Part shown: positions 1 to 12,269 of the stretch, one piece after another | Numbering within the stretch: position 1 is the first letter of the stretch | Layout of the letters: every line of letters begins with the position of its first letter | Source: Selaginella moellendorffii | Taxonomy: Eukaryota > Plantae > Lycopodiophyta | Direction: 5' to 3' | DNA: 64,000 nucleotides | NCBI RefSeq assembly: GCF_000143415.4 | Contig: NW_003314261.1 | Coordinates: forward strand, 5,792,360 to 5,856,359 | Position numbers and translations under genes: made by a program | Notes under the pieces: model-generated | Told to the model about the DNA's origin: nothing | Database searches by the model: none | The model's input: only the letters and a program-made list of their open reading frames with translations

Positions 1-2662
1 TCCCAAATCCAAGCACTCCCCAGGGACAATCAAAGTTGCCCCTCACCTCCACCAATGTGAGTGCATGGAATATGGAAAGGGAATACAGAAATGTGCATAT
101 CAATTAACCCAAAAACCCTAGCTTATATACAGGAGCGAGTGGTCCGGATTGAAACCAATCCGACGGCTACCAAAATCCACTACGCTAATATTAGTATACG
201 GCATTGTAGCCGTACACTTGGCCCTCACAGTTTTAAATTGTTTTATGTTTTTTTTAAGATTTGGTGTATATTTATTATTTGTATATTTATTTTATTATTT
301 TATTGTCAATTATGATCTAGGAGTTTAACAAAGTTTTTTCCTATAGCTTTTAAATTAGTTTTGTGATGTTTACATTTAGTTTCAGAATAAAACTTATTGC
401 ACAGTTTTGATTTTTTCCATAAATTATTTATAAATAAATTTTAAAAATTCTAATCACTTTTTACCATTTTTTTCTAACCATTATACACCTTACCAAATCC
501 CTATATTATTTATTAGCTCATTTCTCCTTTATTGCATTATTTGCTTATTTATTAATCCTATTTTGAGTTGAGTATATAATCTGGTAAACTTATTTTTTTA
601 GTAAAATTAAATATAATTATTAGATTAATAAATATATAAAATTATTTTTATTTTCTTATAGTTCAGTATATATATAATTCCATCTGTGGTGGAAAATTGT
701 GAAAAATAACTTCTATAAATATTGTTTAAATATTTTAAGAATTATGTTAAAACATCATGTAATTAGAGCACTAGATTTACCCTATTATAAGATGCCTTTT
801 GTTATATACAAAAGGTTAAAACATTTTTAAAAAAAACGTTTTTTTTTTTTTGCAACGTTTCAGTACTTCTTTCAAATTTCTAAGTTAATAATGCTTTTAA
901 TACATTTATGATTGGTTAGTTTGCACTTAGTGAATTATCATTCATTCATTCATTAGCTGTTTATGAGGTTTTATAATGTATGATACTGACAGATTATAAT
1001 CTTTTGAGCCATTCATTTGCTGAACTCCTTGAAGTCTTATACCACCAAGCCTTCTGTCCTCACCCTAGGCTTCGCTGATCTACCTGCCGTACATCATGGG
1101 TTCAAGCCTGAATGCAATCCTGAGGTGTACTCACCAGTTTATCAATTTGAATGTTAATGTTAATCAATTTCCACTGTTTCTGATGATGTTGTAAATGTAA
1201 ATTTTATCAAGTGTGTTAAATAAAATACATCAACAACATCATGCATGCCACGCTGCAGATTGCTACGTCATTAATCCATGGTGGCACAGAATGAATAGTG
1301 AAAGCTATGCCGTGATAGGTTGTGGGTATACTATACACCATGTGCTGTCCTTGAATGCATACATTTACACAAGCCAACGTGCCGAGGAAGTGATAGTTCA
1401 AATACACACAAGTCCTCCTGGCACAAGAAATAACAAACATGGCATCAAAAGATCTCTTGATCTTTGCGGATCGGTGTCTATTACTGGAAGCGCGTATCGA
1501 TTGATTCAATCCAATGGATCTAAACAAATGAGCATGTAGATTTTGGAGAGTTTCACGTGCCTTTGCGCAGTCGTACGATATAATCTCATATCCTCACGCG
1601 AGAGTCCCTCTCGATCAATCAAACTCCTCTCCTCTCTTAGCTTTCAAAACCAGAGAGTTTCTGCTATTCCAGTAGCGAGAAAGAGGCTTTGAATCGATAC
1701 ATGGTTTCGTCGTCTTTCATGGATATATATGAGCTTGAAGAGATTCCTTGATGATTCCATCAGCCAGCGCGCGTAGAATAAAACCGTATACAAAGTGGGA
1801 AGGAGTGCCCCTGTCGACTCCATTAAATTCCCACACAGCTTGGCATGAAAAGGAACGTCGTTATTTGCTTGGACCCGCTGGAAACTTTAATGCTTTCATC
1901 TCACAAACGGGGGCGCGCAGAAAGTCAGGGACATGAGAAGGAAAGAAAGAGGAAGAGATTGATTTTCTTCTTAAATCTCGTGCTTAAAACCTTTCAAAGC
2001 TTGCAGCCAGCCGGCTATGGCAGAAAGACCAGCTAAAACTTCAGCAAGAAAACTGTAAGTTTTTCCACCACCAGAGGCTGGTACTAGCGTATAAATTGTC
2101 CCTGCTGGTCACCGAGCGAGAGCGAGAGGTTGGCTCCTTTAAAATCTCTCCCTTGCCAGTACAGCGTACAGGAAGGAAAAAAACAGTAAAAAAAAAGTAA
2201 GCTTCATGTGTGTCTGATCCAGGGCACTCAATGCTCGCAGGACTCCAGAGAGTGTTTTTCGCTCATCATGCCATGCAAGCTTATGGAATCAAAACTCGAG
2301 AGGGAGAAATCAAACTCCAAAATCTCTCAAAACTCCAAAAACGATTCAATCTTTGAAAACCATATGAAGTAGTAATCTGTGCACTTCATCATCAAGCCGC
2401 ACCAAGGTCAAGGAAAACTAAATGAAATGCGTGCCAGCACCACCTCCACCACCCTCCTTAAAAGAGAAACACGTAGACAGCAAATAAACGAAGGAAAAAA
2501 CGAATTTTTCTGTGAGTAAAGGAACCGAAAGAAGCGTCCCCGAGTATAAGAACATAAGGCACTCTCAGTTGTACCCTTGTCTTCCCTCCAGGTCTTCCCT
2601 CCAGAAACAAAAAAGAGAGAGATATCTTCCTCTTCTTCGTTCTTGGCGATCGATCGTCTTTC

Positions 2663-3100
2663 ATGGCGAGCTTAAGCTCCCTCCTCGTCATCGCCTGCAT
2701 TGCTTCGGCGGCGCTGGCCAATGAGTTCCAGAGCTACGAGCAGCAAGAGCGATACTTTCAGCCCCAGAACTTTGGTGGCTACGATCAGTCTCTAAGCTAC
2801 TCTGGATCATCCGGCTCCAGCTCCGGCTCTGGCAGCGTTCCAAGCAGTGGCAGTTCCAGCGGCGGTGGTGGCAGTCCCAGCTCCGGCTCCGGCTCCGGCT
2901 CTGGCTCTGGCTCCGTCCCAAGTACTGGCGGTGGTGGCGGTGGCTACGGTGGTGGCAGCCCCAGCTCCGGCTCCGGCTCCGGCTCCGTCCCAAGCACTGG
3001 CGGTGGTGGCGGTGGCTACGGTGGTGGCAGCCCCAGCTCTGGCTCTGGTTCTGGCTCCGTCCCAAGCACTGGCGGTGGTGGTGGTGGCTATGGAAATCCT

Positions 3101-3143
<43 letters not shown>

Positions 3144-3822
3144 TCCCAAGTTACGGTGGTAGCCCAGGCGGCGGTAGCGTTGATCCAGGCAGTGGTAGCA
3201 TTCCAACCGTGCCTTCCAGCGGCGGCATTCCCTCTAGCGGCGGCATTCCTACTGTTCCTTCCATTGGTGGTGGCACTGGCGGCATTCCTTCCACTGGAAC
3301 TCCTTCCTCCGGTTGCTCTTGCGAGTAAGTTTTCATGGTTTTCATGAGCTTGGGCTTGCTTGTCTTGCTCGTTTCCTTCGTGGCCTTTGCTCGTTTGTTC
3401 CATCTTTCACTCCTAGATCTTCTGTTTGTCTCGTTCTTGATATCGATATTGATATTCTATGGTCTGGTGGTTGTGATATGGACAGCTTCTGGGCTGCTCA
3501 CGTTAACTCGTGGCCGGATCCACTCCAGCTGATCTCCACCGTCTCGGCCGTGTTCGGGGGTCTCGCCGGGAACACTTTCGGACCCAGCACCACGCTTCTC
3601 ACTGCGCTGGAGACGAGGAGGTCGGATCCTTACAGCCAGCTCCTCCGCCAAGGCACCGCAGCCATGCTCAACGCCTACTCTCGTCCAAACTTCCAGTACA
3701 CCCCTCTTGCCGTTCGCAACCATCTCAACGCCGCACTCGTCTCTCCCCAGGCCGCCGCCGTGCAAGCCGCCAAGTTTGCCAACGCCAACCGAGGATATGG
3801 CGTGAATACCGTCTGCACATAA
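2663..3822 (+). CDS. PDF1: Protodermal factor 1 (PDF1)-like secreted Gly/Ser/Pro-rich cell-wall protein; 2 exons (2663-3324, 3486-3822)
   Basis: Signal peptide MASLSSLLVIACIASAALA and a repetitive G/S/P body. Splicing GT 3325 to AG 3485 gives CSCDFWAAH...LLTALETRRSDPYSQLLRQGTAAMLNAY...AAVQAAKFANANRG, which matches the PDF1 C-terminal domain (CDYW...LSNTRSD..GALYREGTAS.LNS...QA..F.LANEG). Confidence 0.85.
2860..3150 (+). repeat. 72-bp (24-aa, GSVPSTGGGGGGYGGGSPSSGSGS) tandem repeat plus (GGCTCC)n within the PDF1-like CDS
   Basis: ctccgtcccaag recurs at about 2911, 2983, 3055 and 3139. Confidence 0.9.
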
Positions 3823-4688
3823 AGAGAGACACCAAGGCTCTTCGTCCTTTTTCTCTTCTCTTCTCTTTTGGAACTCTTGTTCTCAGTATCTCCTCGGTGG
3901 TTTGGATATAGTTGTATTGGTTTTTGTTGGCACAGAAAGATTCACTAGTAAAAGGCGTGCTAGTTCTTGAATAACGTCGATAGTTTCCTCTTGCCACATG
4001 CATCGTTTGTCCAAATCCTATCTAAGAAATCGTGATAAGATCTCTATTCTTTTCTCTTATGAAATGTCCAAGAGTTTCAAAGCAAACCCAGAGCTTCAAA
4101 GCAAACCAAGAACGTTGCATGCACCATAAAATCCTACAAGAATTCAATCCATCTCAGTCCACATTTTCAATCAATGAATTTGCGACTCCACGACGCTGAG
4201 TCGTGCCCAACCGACCAAGTTCTAGTGCTTTCAAGGACACGATTCTTTTCTGTCTGTTCTAGTTGCAACTTGCAAGCAAATCCCTTTCTGAAAGAGAAAG
4301 AAAAAGGAGAGTTTTTAAGACTTATCTGTTGCACGGCTCTTGGACAAGCTGGGAAATGAAGGCAGCTGCCGGAGCAACATCACCTAACGCTTCTGCCACA
4401 CAAATTCCAATCTGGTCAGGCCTTGAATGAACGGAAAAAAGGCCTATACCACTCAGTCCATATGTGAGCTGTCGCCTCTTGAGGAGTTTTATCGCTTTGT
4501 TGTTGTTTTGTTCCTGAGGATTTTTCTGCGTCGAGTTTCATTAGGCTGCGAAGATCATCTTACAAACAAATTTCTCGATCCTTATTTGGTCAGCAAGTAA
4601 TGGAAGATCATAAATCAAGCTGCTAAAAGATCGAAACCATGAAGCTCTTGGTCTAAATTTTGTCAAAGAAAGAGTCACCTTTTGTGTT

Positions 4689-6729
4689 TCATTGTGGTAG
4701 AGTTTTGATACCACTTAGTATATATCCACCTGTGGAGCTCATTTGCATGTGGGGATGCGTGCGGGATGGAAGAACCTGCGAGAAAAGATTAAACATTTTT
4801 TCTTCAGCACCGGTAGTACAAACCTGGTACTCTCTCATCCATGGCTCCGAGAGCTGCAAACTGACTGCCGTGCGTTCCTTTTGCAAGGCAAACATGCAGT
4901 CCGCAAGAGGCTGTCGCAAAAGAACGATTTTCTCAAACAGCTGAATCTAAGAAAGAAATACTTACTTGCAGGTAAGTATGATAGATGACAAAAGGAGCGG
5001 AGGGGGCTAGAAGCGGAATGAGTTGCTGCAAAGTCTTCAAAGGATCGGCGTTTAAAGCCCCGACTATCAGACTGCATAGATAAGGACGAACACATTACGC
5101 GTTGTAAGAGCACGAAAACGGCAGAGAAAGATAGAAAACCTTACCTCGAGAATCCAGTTTTCACCCAATCAGAAACGTCTTCGTTCGATGGTTGCTGTAT
5201 CAGTCGTTGCTTTGTTGGATTCGTAGAGGCCGGTTCCAAGTTCTCGGAGATCTGGGACACGCTTGTTTGTGATGCCTCGGTCACAGCCTTTTCCGGTTGC
5301 ACGTCCATCGATGGGTCGCTTTGCAGTGGTTTGCCTGTGCCTGAATCATCTTCCATGTCTTTCGCCTGTTCTGCCTCGGTAACAGCCTTTTCCGGTTGCA
5401 CATCCATCGGTTGCTCGCTTTGCGGGAGTTTGCCTGTGCCTGAATCATCTTCCATGTTTTTCTCCTGTTCTACGACAAGAGGTGCTGCCTCTCCGTTTTG
5501 TAAACCAGAATTGTAGCTTTCTAGAAGCGTAGAAAGCCGAACTCGAAATATCCTACACCATCCCAGTCACTATATGAGGTGTATCGGAAATAACCATTTA
5601 CCTACTAGATGTTGCGGAGTCAAAGTTAAAGAGGCCCACAATGTCCAGAGATGGAGCTTTTGGAGTATAGTAGACACTACAAACCGTGCCAAAGCCTGAA
5701 GTGAAAGGATAAAGGTTTCACATCTTTTAAAGAAACAAATCACCTTACCGCTCAAACGTTCTGCGACTGCAGCCGTCAAGAGTCCTCCGACCATATCTGA
5801 GACCAAAACGTTGGACATCTCGCCTACATTGGCTAATGACAAGATCATTGACAAACTATCAACTCTTATAAACCTGCAACAAGTAGAAGAAAAGTCACAA
5901 CAAATGAAAACTTCTATCGTTTAGTTTACCCGATCTTCGCTGGAGTTTTAGAAAAATATGCCTCACAAACACTGGAAAAAATAAAGAAAAACGTTTAGTG
6001 CCACGCCAACGTCAAAACTAGAAACAGATTCAACCTTTTAGCAGTAGGACACCTGATTATGACCCGAGGAGCGTACTTTTTCTGCTTTTTCCGCTTGTAC
6101 TTCTCCTGCAAAAGTAAAAGTGTAAATAGGTTGTAGTTGAGCTTGGCTAAAATGGAAGAAAAACCTGTGAGAAAGTAGTCTTTGACTCAAACGACGCGCT
6201 ATTTGCAATCAACGCATTCACAATCTCTTGTCCGGAGGAGCCTTCTCTACAAAGCTCATGATCTTAGAAGATAAAAACGAAGATGAAAAGATAAGAACCT
6301 TTTCATGCTATGGATCTCCTCGGCCGAGAGTGTCTGCGCAGTGTTATCATCGATGAGGTTCCTGTTATCCTTCGTTGCAGCATTTTCTTCTTCCTCCTCT
6401 TCCTCTTCGCCAGCGTTATTGTCCTCTGAAACAATACCAAATTTTCAGACCAGCGATCCCAAACCTTCCCATCACCAGCGCGAGACGATCGTTCCAGCGA
6501 CGAGGACTTGGGCTCGAATTGCGATCCAAACGGGCATCCAATGACCGGCGCAAGAGAATACTTGGCCTTGCCAAGCTTGACAGTGCTGAAAGAAGGGAAG
6601 AAATCTTCGATATTGCAAGAAATACACAAGGATTCACGCTTACGCGGCCGGGGTAAGACGCGAGAACACGAAATGCTCGCCATTGTTGATGTCGAGCAGC
6701 ACGCACGATCCCGCCTTCACGACTTCCAT
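4689..6729 (-). CDS. TRM6: tRNA (adenine58-N1)-methyltransferase non-catalytic subunit TRM6/GCD10, multi-exon
   Basis: Exons translate MEVVKAGSCVLLDINNGEHFVF, VKLGKAKYSLAPVIGCPFGSQFE, KDNRNLIDDNTAQTLSAEEI, RVDSLSMILSLANV..SNVLVSDMVGGLLTAAVAERL and LQLSEPWMREYQ|VLPSRTHPHMQMSSTGGYILSG, all Gcd10-family motifs. Confidence 0.92.
5273..5471 (-). repeat. 99-bp (33-aa) tandem duplication inside a TRM6 exon
   Basis: tgcctcggt..agccttttccggttgcac..tgcctgtgcctgaatcatcttccatgt occurs at 5273 and 5372. Confidence 0.9.
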
Positions 6730-6860
6730 AGAACCCTAAACCCAAACTTTAGGGCTATGGGGAGTTAACCGTTCGTGGTTGGACGGCTGGGATTGCGAGC
6801 TAGGGCATATTTATTTCCTTTAAATCTCAGCTAACAGTCAAAAAAAGTCAAGCTACTTAC

Positions 6861-6869
6861 TTAGGGTTT
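6861..6869 (-). promoter_or_regulatory. Telo-box (AAACCCTAA) in the TRM6/MTHFR divergent promoter
   Basis: ttagggttt at 6861-6869; a near-match gaaccctaaa lies at 6731-6740. Confidence 0.45.
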
Positions 6870-7017
6870 TCGTACCTCACAGTGTCTACCGTACTGTTGT
6901 ATTTTAGTGGCTGAGGGCGCGAGGGCGCGAGGCGCGCTTCTCGATCCAGGTAGGGATCCCGATCCACGCAGTATCTCACCTCAATCTCAATGCAGATCTT
7001 TGCTCGCAGCGCCTACA

Positions 7018-9460
7018 ATGCGGATTGTGGACAAGATCAAGGATGCGCAGCGGGAGAATCGGACGATCTTCTCCTTCGAGTACTTCCCGCCCAAGACCGA
7101 CGAGGGTGTCGAGAATCTGTTCGAGCGGATGGACCGGATGGTGATGCACCAGCCTGCATTCTGCGACATTACATGGGGCGCCGGTGGCTCCACCTCGGAT
7201 TTAACTCTGGAGATCGTCAACAAGATGCAAAACATGGTAAGATCTTTTTTCGGTTGCCACAATTTTCTGTTTTCCTTATTTCTTCTTCCAGATCTGTGTG
7301 GAATCCATGATGCACTTGACTTGCACAAACATGCCAGTGAGTAAACTTGACTTTGCTCTTGAGAATGTGAAAGCCAATGGCGTCCAAAACATTCTGGCTC
7401 TGCGTGGAGATCCTCCGCATGGCCAGGACAAGTTCGTTCAAGTGGAGGATGGATTCTCTTGCGCTCTTGATCTGGTTAGCTTTTTTTTCTTCTTCGTCCT
7501 GCTTTTCTCGGGAATGGAATGATTCAAGCTTTGTATTTTTGCAGGTGAAACACATACGCAAAAAATATGGTGGCTATTTTGGCATCACTGTTGCTGGATA
7601 TCCTGGTTAGTATTGCTGTTGCTTGCTAGTTTTCCGTTGTGCTTACACGGTTTCATCATTTAGAGGCTCATCCCGACGTGATTTCTGGTGATGCTGCAAC
7701 TCAAGAAGCATACGAGAAGGATCTCGCTTACCTCAAGGAAAAGGTAAGATCATGAAGAGTGATTTGTACGTGATGAAGAATTCTTTGTCCACAGGTGGAT
7801 GCTGGAGGTGATTTTGTAATCACGCAGCTCTTTTATGACACAGACTTGTTTCTTCGGTTCGTTAACGACTGTCGCGAGATTGGAATCACTTGTCCTATCG
7901 TTCCGGGGATAATGCCGATCAACAATTATAAGGGGTTTCTTAGAATGACTGGGTTCTGCAAGACAAACGTACGTTTAAAGCATAACAGATTGGAGAAAAC
8001 TTTACTTTGAGTTGGATATGACAGATTCCTGCAGACATCACCGCCGCTTTGGAGCCGATCAAAGATAACGACGAAGCAGTGAGATCTTTCGGCGTCCACC
8101 TTGGGACAGAGATGTGCAAAAAGATTTTGGCTTCGGGGATCAATGCAGTACATTTGTACACGCTGAATATGGAGAAGTCTGCCATTGCAATTCTTCAAGT
8201 AACTTTGCAACTTCGCGACATCTGCCATTTGTTTTTTTTTTTTTTTTTTTCTAACATTTTATGTTTGATATTTTTCGACAGAACCTCGGACTGATCGACA
8301 TAAGCCAAGTAAGACGATCACTTCCCTGGAGGCCTCCAACAAATGTAAGGCGAACAAGGGAAGATGTCCGACCAATTTTTTGGTAAGCTTTGGAAGTTTA
8401 CTTGTCAAAAGAGAGCTCTTATTTTCCTTGGCAGGGCCAATCGTCCCAAGAGCTACATTTCACGAACAACTGCTTGGGACCAGTATCCAAGTGGTCGATG
8501 GGGCGACTCTCGCAGCCCTGCTTACGGTGCATTGACAGACTATCAGGTAGAGGAAGTTATGTGTTTTGTGAGCTTGTAATAGAGCGGGTTTTTTTTTTTT
8601 TTTTCAGTTTTTGAGACGACGCTCCCGGAACAAGAAGATTCAAGAGGAGTGGGTTGTTCCTCTGAGTTCCGTCGAAGATATTGCAGAGGTAATTCACATT
8701 CGTTATTCCAACTTTCTTCTGAATCGTTATGTTTTCACCCGACCAGAAATTTGCCAACTATTGTGCTGGAAAACTAAAGAGCTTTCCCTGGTCCGAGCTG
8801 GAAGGTCTCCAGTTAGAGACCAAGAAAATCAACAGCGAGCTCGTAAAGATTAACAAAGACGGCTTTTTGACAATCAACAGCCAGCCTGCTGTCAATGGCG
8901 AAAAATCGGACTCTCCTGCTGTTGGTAAGCTCGACAAGCCTTTGAATTTCTAAAACTAAAGACGTGTTTTTGTACAGGTTGGGGAGGCCCTGGAGGATAC
9001 GTCTATCAGAAGGCCTATGTCGAATTCTTTTGCTCTCCAGAGAAGCTGGAGAAGCTCATCCGAAAAGCCGAAGAGTTTCCTTCGCTCACCTACATCGCAG
9101 TGAATTCCGTGGGAGAAACAAAGTCGAACGTCGGGCCGGGAGACGTGAATGCAGTCACTTGGGGAGTCTTTCCTGCCAAGGAAGTGATCCAGCCGACGGT
9201 GGTGGATCCGATAAGCTTCATGTCTTGGAAGGACGAAGCCTTCCAAGGCTGGGAAGACGAATGGGCCTCGTTGTACAAAGCCCAGGACGATCCAGCAAAG
9301 AAAATCCTTCACGAGGTAATCAAGCATTCGAAGCTCTCTCTCTAAAGTTCTAAAGCTTTTTGCGTCCTTGCTCCAGATCAAGGAGAGCTACTATCTAGTA
9401 AGCTTGGTGGACAACGATTACATTGGTGGTGATCTATTCGCGTTCTTCAGTGGCATCTAA
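7018..9460 (+). CDS. MTHFR: Methylenetetrahydrofolate reductase, multi-exon
   Basis: [124 protein letters not shown]; stop 9458-9460. Confidence 0.97.
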
Positions 9461-9904
9461 AAGTTTTTGCTACTACAGCGATAATTCTTTGACAGAAAAA
9501 TCATAAGCTTGTGTGAGCTCTTTGACCGTTGATGCAAACCAGATAAGATGCCATCCTGGCCATTGGATCATTTACGTGCCCTAATTTATGATTTTGGGCC
9601 AGATATTTTCCCTTACATGGCCATTTGTCGCCGTCGATGGCCATCAGCGGACGGCCCAGATACCGCCACGTCTGCATGACCCCGACGCCTTAAAGCCCTG
9701 CTTATCCCCTAGAAGGCATTTTGTTCTTCCCTCTTGGTAGAGGGCGCCAAGGGTTTTGAGGCGCTCGCGTAACGCCGGCGACGATTCCATTGCGAAGGTA
9801 AGAAGGATTGTGGAAGGATTTAGATGCATTGTGTAGCTGGAGGCCGGATTGGAAAATGCGAGCCTGATTTTGGTGTTGTTCCTGTTCTAGAGAGGAAAAG
9901 AGCT

Positions 9905-11019
9905 ATGGCGGCCTCGTGTATTTCGCTCTCGTCTACGGCCATTGGCGGTGCCGCGGCTCTGGCGGCGCCTCCCAGAGCCATGGCGCTGTGCATCGCTGGG
10001 GTTTCGGTGCCGTCGAGGCCCCTTTCTCTCTCGCTGGGCGAGACCTTCCATCTCGGTGCCGTACTATCCAGGAGAAGACCCCTAGAATTTGTGGCCAAGT
10101 CGTATGGTGGGTACGGAGCCGAGTCGATTGACAAGGAGGATTGGGCACCACCTCCGCCCAATCTCAGTGACTTGCCCCCGGAGCCATCGGAGCCAGTGGA
10201 CAAGGAGTTCGTGGTGCCAGAGCCCGACGAGAGGGACTTTGGGAGCTTTCGCAGCGAGCCAGCGCCCAACACCAAACTTTACGTCGGGAACATTGCATGG
10301 AACGTCGATAGCAAGATGCTGGCAGACTGCTTCAATGGCGTGGGCATCACAGAACTGGAAGAAGTCAATGTGAGTACCCTTTTCTCTGTTCCTTCCATCG
10401 TTTTCATTCAACTTAGTTGCTAAGATCTTTCTTTCTCTTGTGCTTTGTAGGTGATGTATGATCGGATGCTTGGAAAGAGTCGCGGTTTTGCCTTCGTCAC
10501 TCTCTCCACGGAGGATGCTGCGAAGACTGCCATCGAGAAACTTGATGGTCATGTAAGCGCTTATCATTGCATCTCAGTTAGAGCAACTGCGTGATCCTTC
10601 TTCCAGGAACTCGAGGGGCGGCCTTTGAGAGTAAACTACCCGCAAGTTCCCCGAGGAGGCGGAGGCTTTGGCGGTGGTTTTGGGACCAGACCGAGCATCC
10701 CAGCGAACCCGGCCAAGTGCTTCGTCGCCAACATCCCGTGGTCCGTGGACGACCAAGGCCTGCAAGAGTTTTTCAGCTCGCACGGAACGGTGGTAGACTG
10801 CCGGATTCTAACCGATGCCGAGAGCGGGAGGTCACGGGGGATTGGGTTCGTCACTTTTGCCACCCCAGACGAGGCCAACAACGCCATCAGCGCTTTGGAT
10901 GGAGCAGTAAGTTCGATCGATCTTTCCTTTGGTTTGTGAGTTCTCTTGGCTCACTCGTTTTGCTCCAGGAATTGGGAGGTAGATCGATTCGCGTGGCTTT
11001 GGCGACTGGAAGGCAATGA
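9905..11019 (+). CDS. Chloroplast ribonucleoprotein (cp29/cp31/cp33 type, two RRM domains)
   Basis: Ala/Ser-rich transit peptide, acidic region, RRM1 KLYVGNIAW...KSRGFAFVT, RRM2 KCFVANIPWSVD...RSRGIGFVTF...LGGRSIRVALA. Confidence 0.92.
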
Positions 11020-11273
11020 GCGACGATCACAACCAGCTGACAATGAAGGAAAGATGGAATGGCGCATTTCCATGCAAGAGGAATGGATCGAGTTTTAGTG
11101 AGAAAGTGTCTTAGAGAAAGAGCATGTCTACATTGCTATGATGGTTTGTAGATTTTTTTGGGATCAAAAACAGTCGCAAATGGTTTTCGGTTAGTCAAGC
11201 GTAATCTTTAAAGGTAAATGAAATAACTAATTAAAAATACAAATTAAAACTATGACGATGCATTAAAGTTAAT

Positions 11274-11347
11274 CGCTAGAAGGAGGGCTCGAACCTCCGA
11301 CCTTGTGGTTAACAGCCACACGCTCTGACCAACTGAGCTACTCCAGC
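11274..11347 (-). tRNA. trnN-GUU: tRNA-Asn (GTT), nuclear plant type
   Basis: Reverse complement GCTGGAGTAGCTCAGTTGGTCAGAGCGTGTGGCTGTTAACCACAAGGTCGGAGGTTCGAGCCCTCCTTCTAGCG: intact cloverleaf, A and B boxes, GTT anticodon, T-runs downstream. Confidence 0.97.
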
Positions 11348-11365
11348 ACATTTGAACAAGCGTGA

Positions 11366-12078
11366 ATGGCTATGGAAAAAGAAGAAGTAGGGCGCATCGT
11401 TGGTTATGGCGACAAACTCTCGCCATGCTCGCTCCATCATCTTCCCTGTAGCATCGCGCACAACGGGCCAGCTAATGTCTCGGCGTATTTCGGCAGCAAG
11501 AGCACTGGTATGATGGATTGCGTGGAAATTTTTGCTTTCGGCTAATGCAAAGAAATGGCGAGGAAAGGCGCGAAGGCGGATGGAATGGAGATCCAGGAAG
11601 CAGCATTTCGGGGCAGGAGGCTGGTGGGATCGACGCTGCCGCTGCCGCAAAACCACCGAGGTTTGAGCAACCAGAATCAAAAGTTCTTGGATTTCTTTTC
11701 CCTGTTAATGTTCTTTCTATGTAGGATTTGTTCTTGAGAAAGCTCCAAGCAACCCTGATGATCCAGACGAGTGGGTTGTGAGATCGGAGTTTCGCGAGAT
11801 CACGTACTGGAACCACGATACCATGCCATCGCTTTGCGATTCTCTGCCTCGCTGCATCGATTGGCTCAACATTTCTGCCGCGGTAAAGTAAATCATCGCT
11901 CCTTTCTTCCCGTCTCATTGTTTCTTTGCAGATCCACAAGCCCGTCACCACTGATCAAGTTGCGAGTGTTTTTCCAGGTAACCATTTCTCTTTTTTTTGT
12001 TTCGCGAAGTTTGCCGTACGATCAATCACTTCCTTTCCAGGAGCGATGGCCAGCAAAAGAAAATCCGAAGTAGCGTAA
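11366..12078 (+). CDS. RNASEH2C: Ribonuclease H2 subunit C; 5 short exons, not recovered as one ORF by the track
   Basis: Spliced translation MAMEKEEVGRIVGYGDKLSPCSLHHLPCSIAHNGPANVSAYF...QEAAFRGRRLVGSTLPLPQNHRGFVL...EWVVRSEFREITYWNHDTMPS...IDWLNISAAIHKPV...SEVA*. It carries the HxLPC.I...GPA.V..YF, FRGRxLxG and YWNHD motifs. Confidence 0.9.
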
Positions 12079-12269
12079 AATTTTCTTTGTTTCATCGTTC
12101 TTTCAATCACAATGCCAGGAACTCATCACAAGTTCTTCCTTAGAGATAGATCCCTGGAACAGCGACGATGAATCAAACGTCAGGATTTTCAAAGATCAAT
12201 CGCGAAACAATCATCGTCCGTGGTATATATACACACTTCCACAACCACGACGCGACAGAAGAATGTGTC

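Noticed and set aside
1-1200. AT-rich stretch and short ORF 61-315
   Set aside because: No termini, TSD or protein motif that I can support; probably intergenic or TE remnant.
9824-9904. Upstream in-frame ATG extending the cpRNP ORF
   Set aside because: The transit-peptide-like sequence starts at 9905 (MAAS). The match of the extension at 23308 is explained by the local duplication, not by selection.
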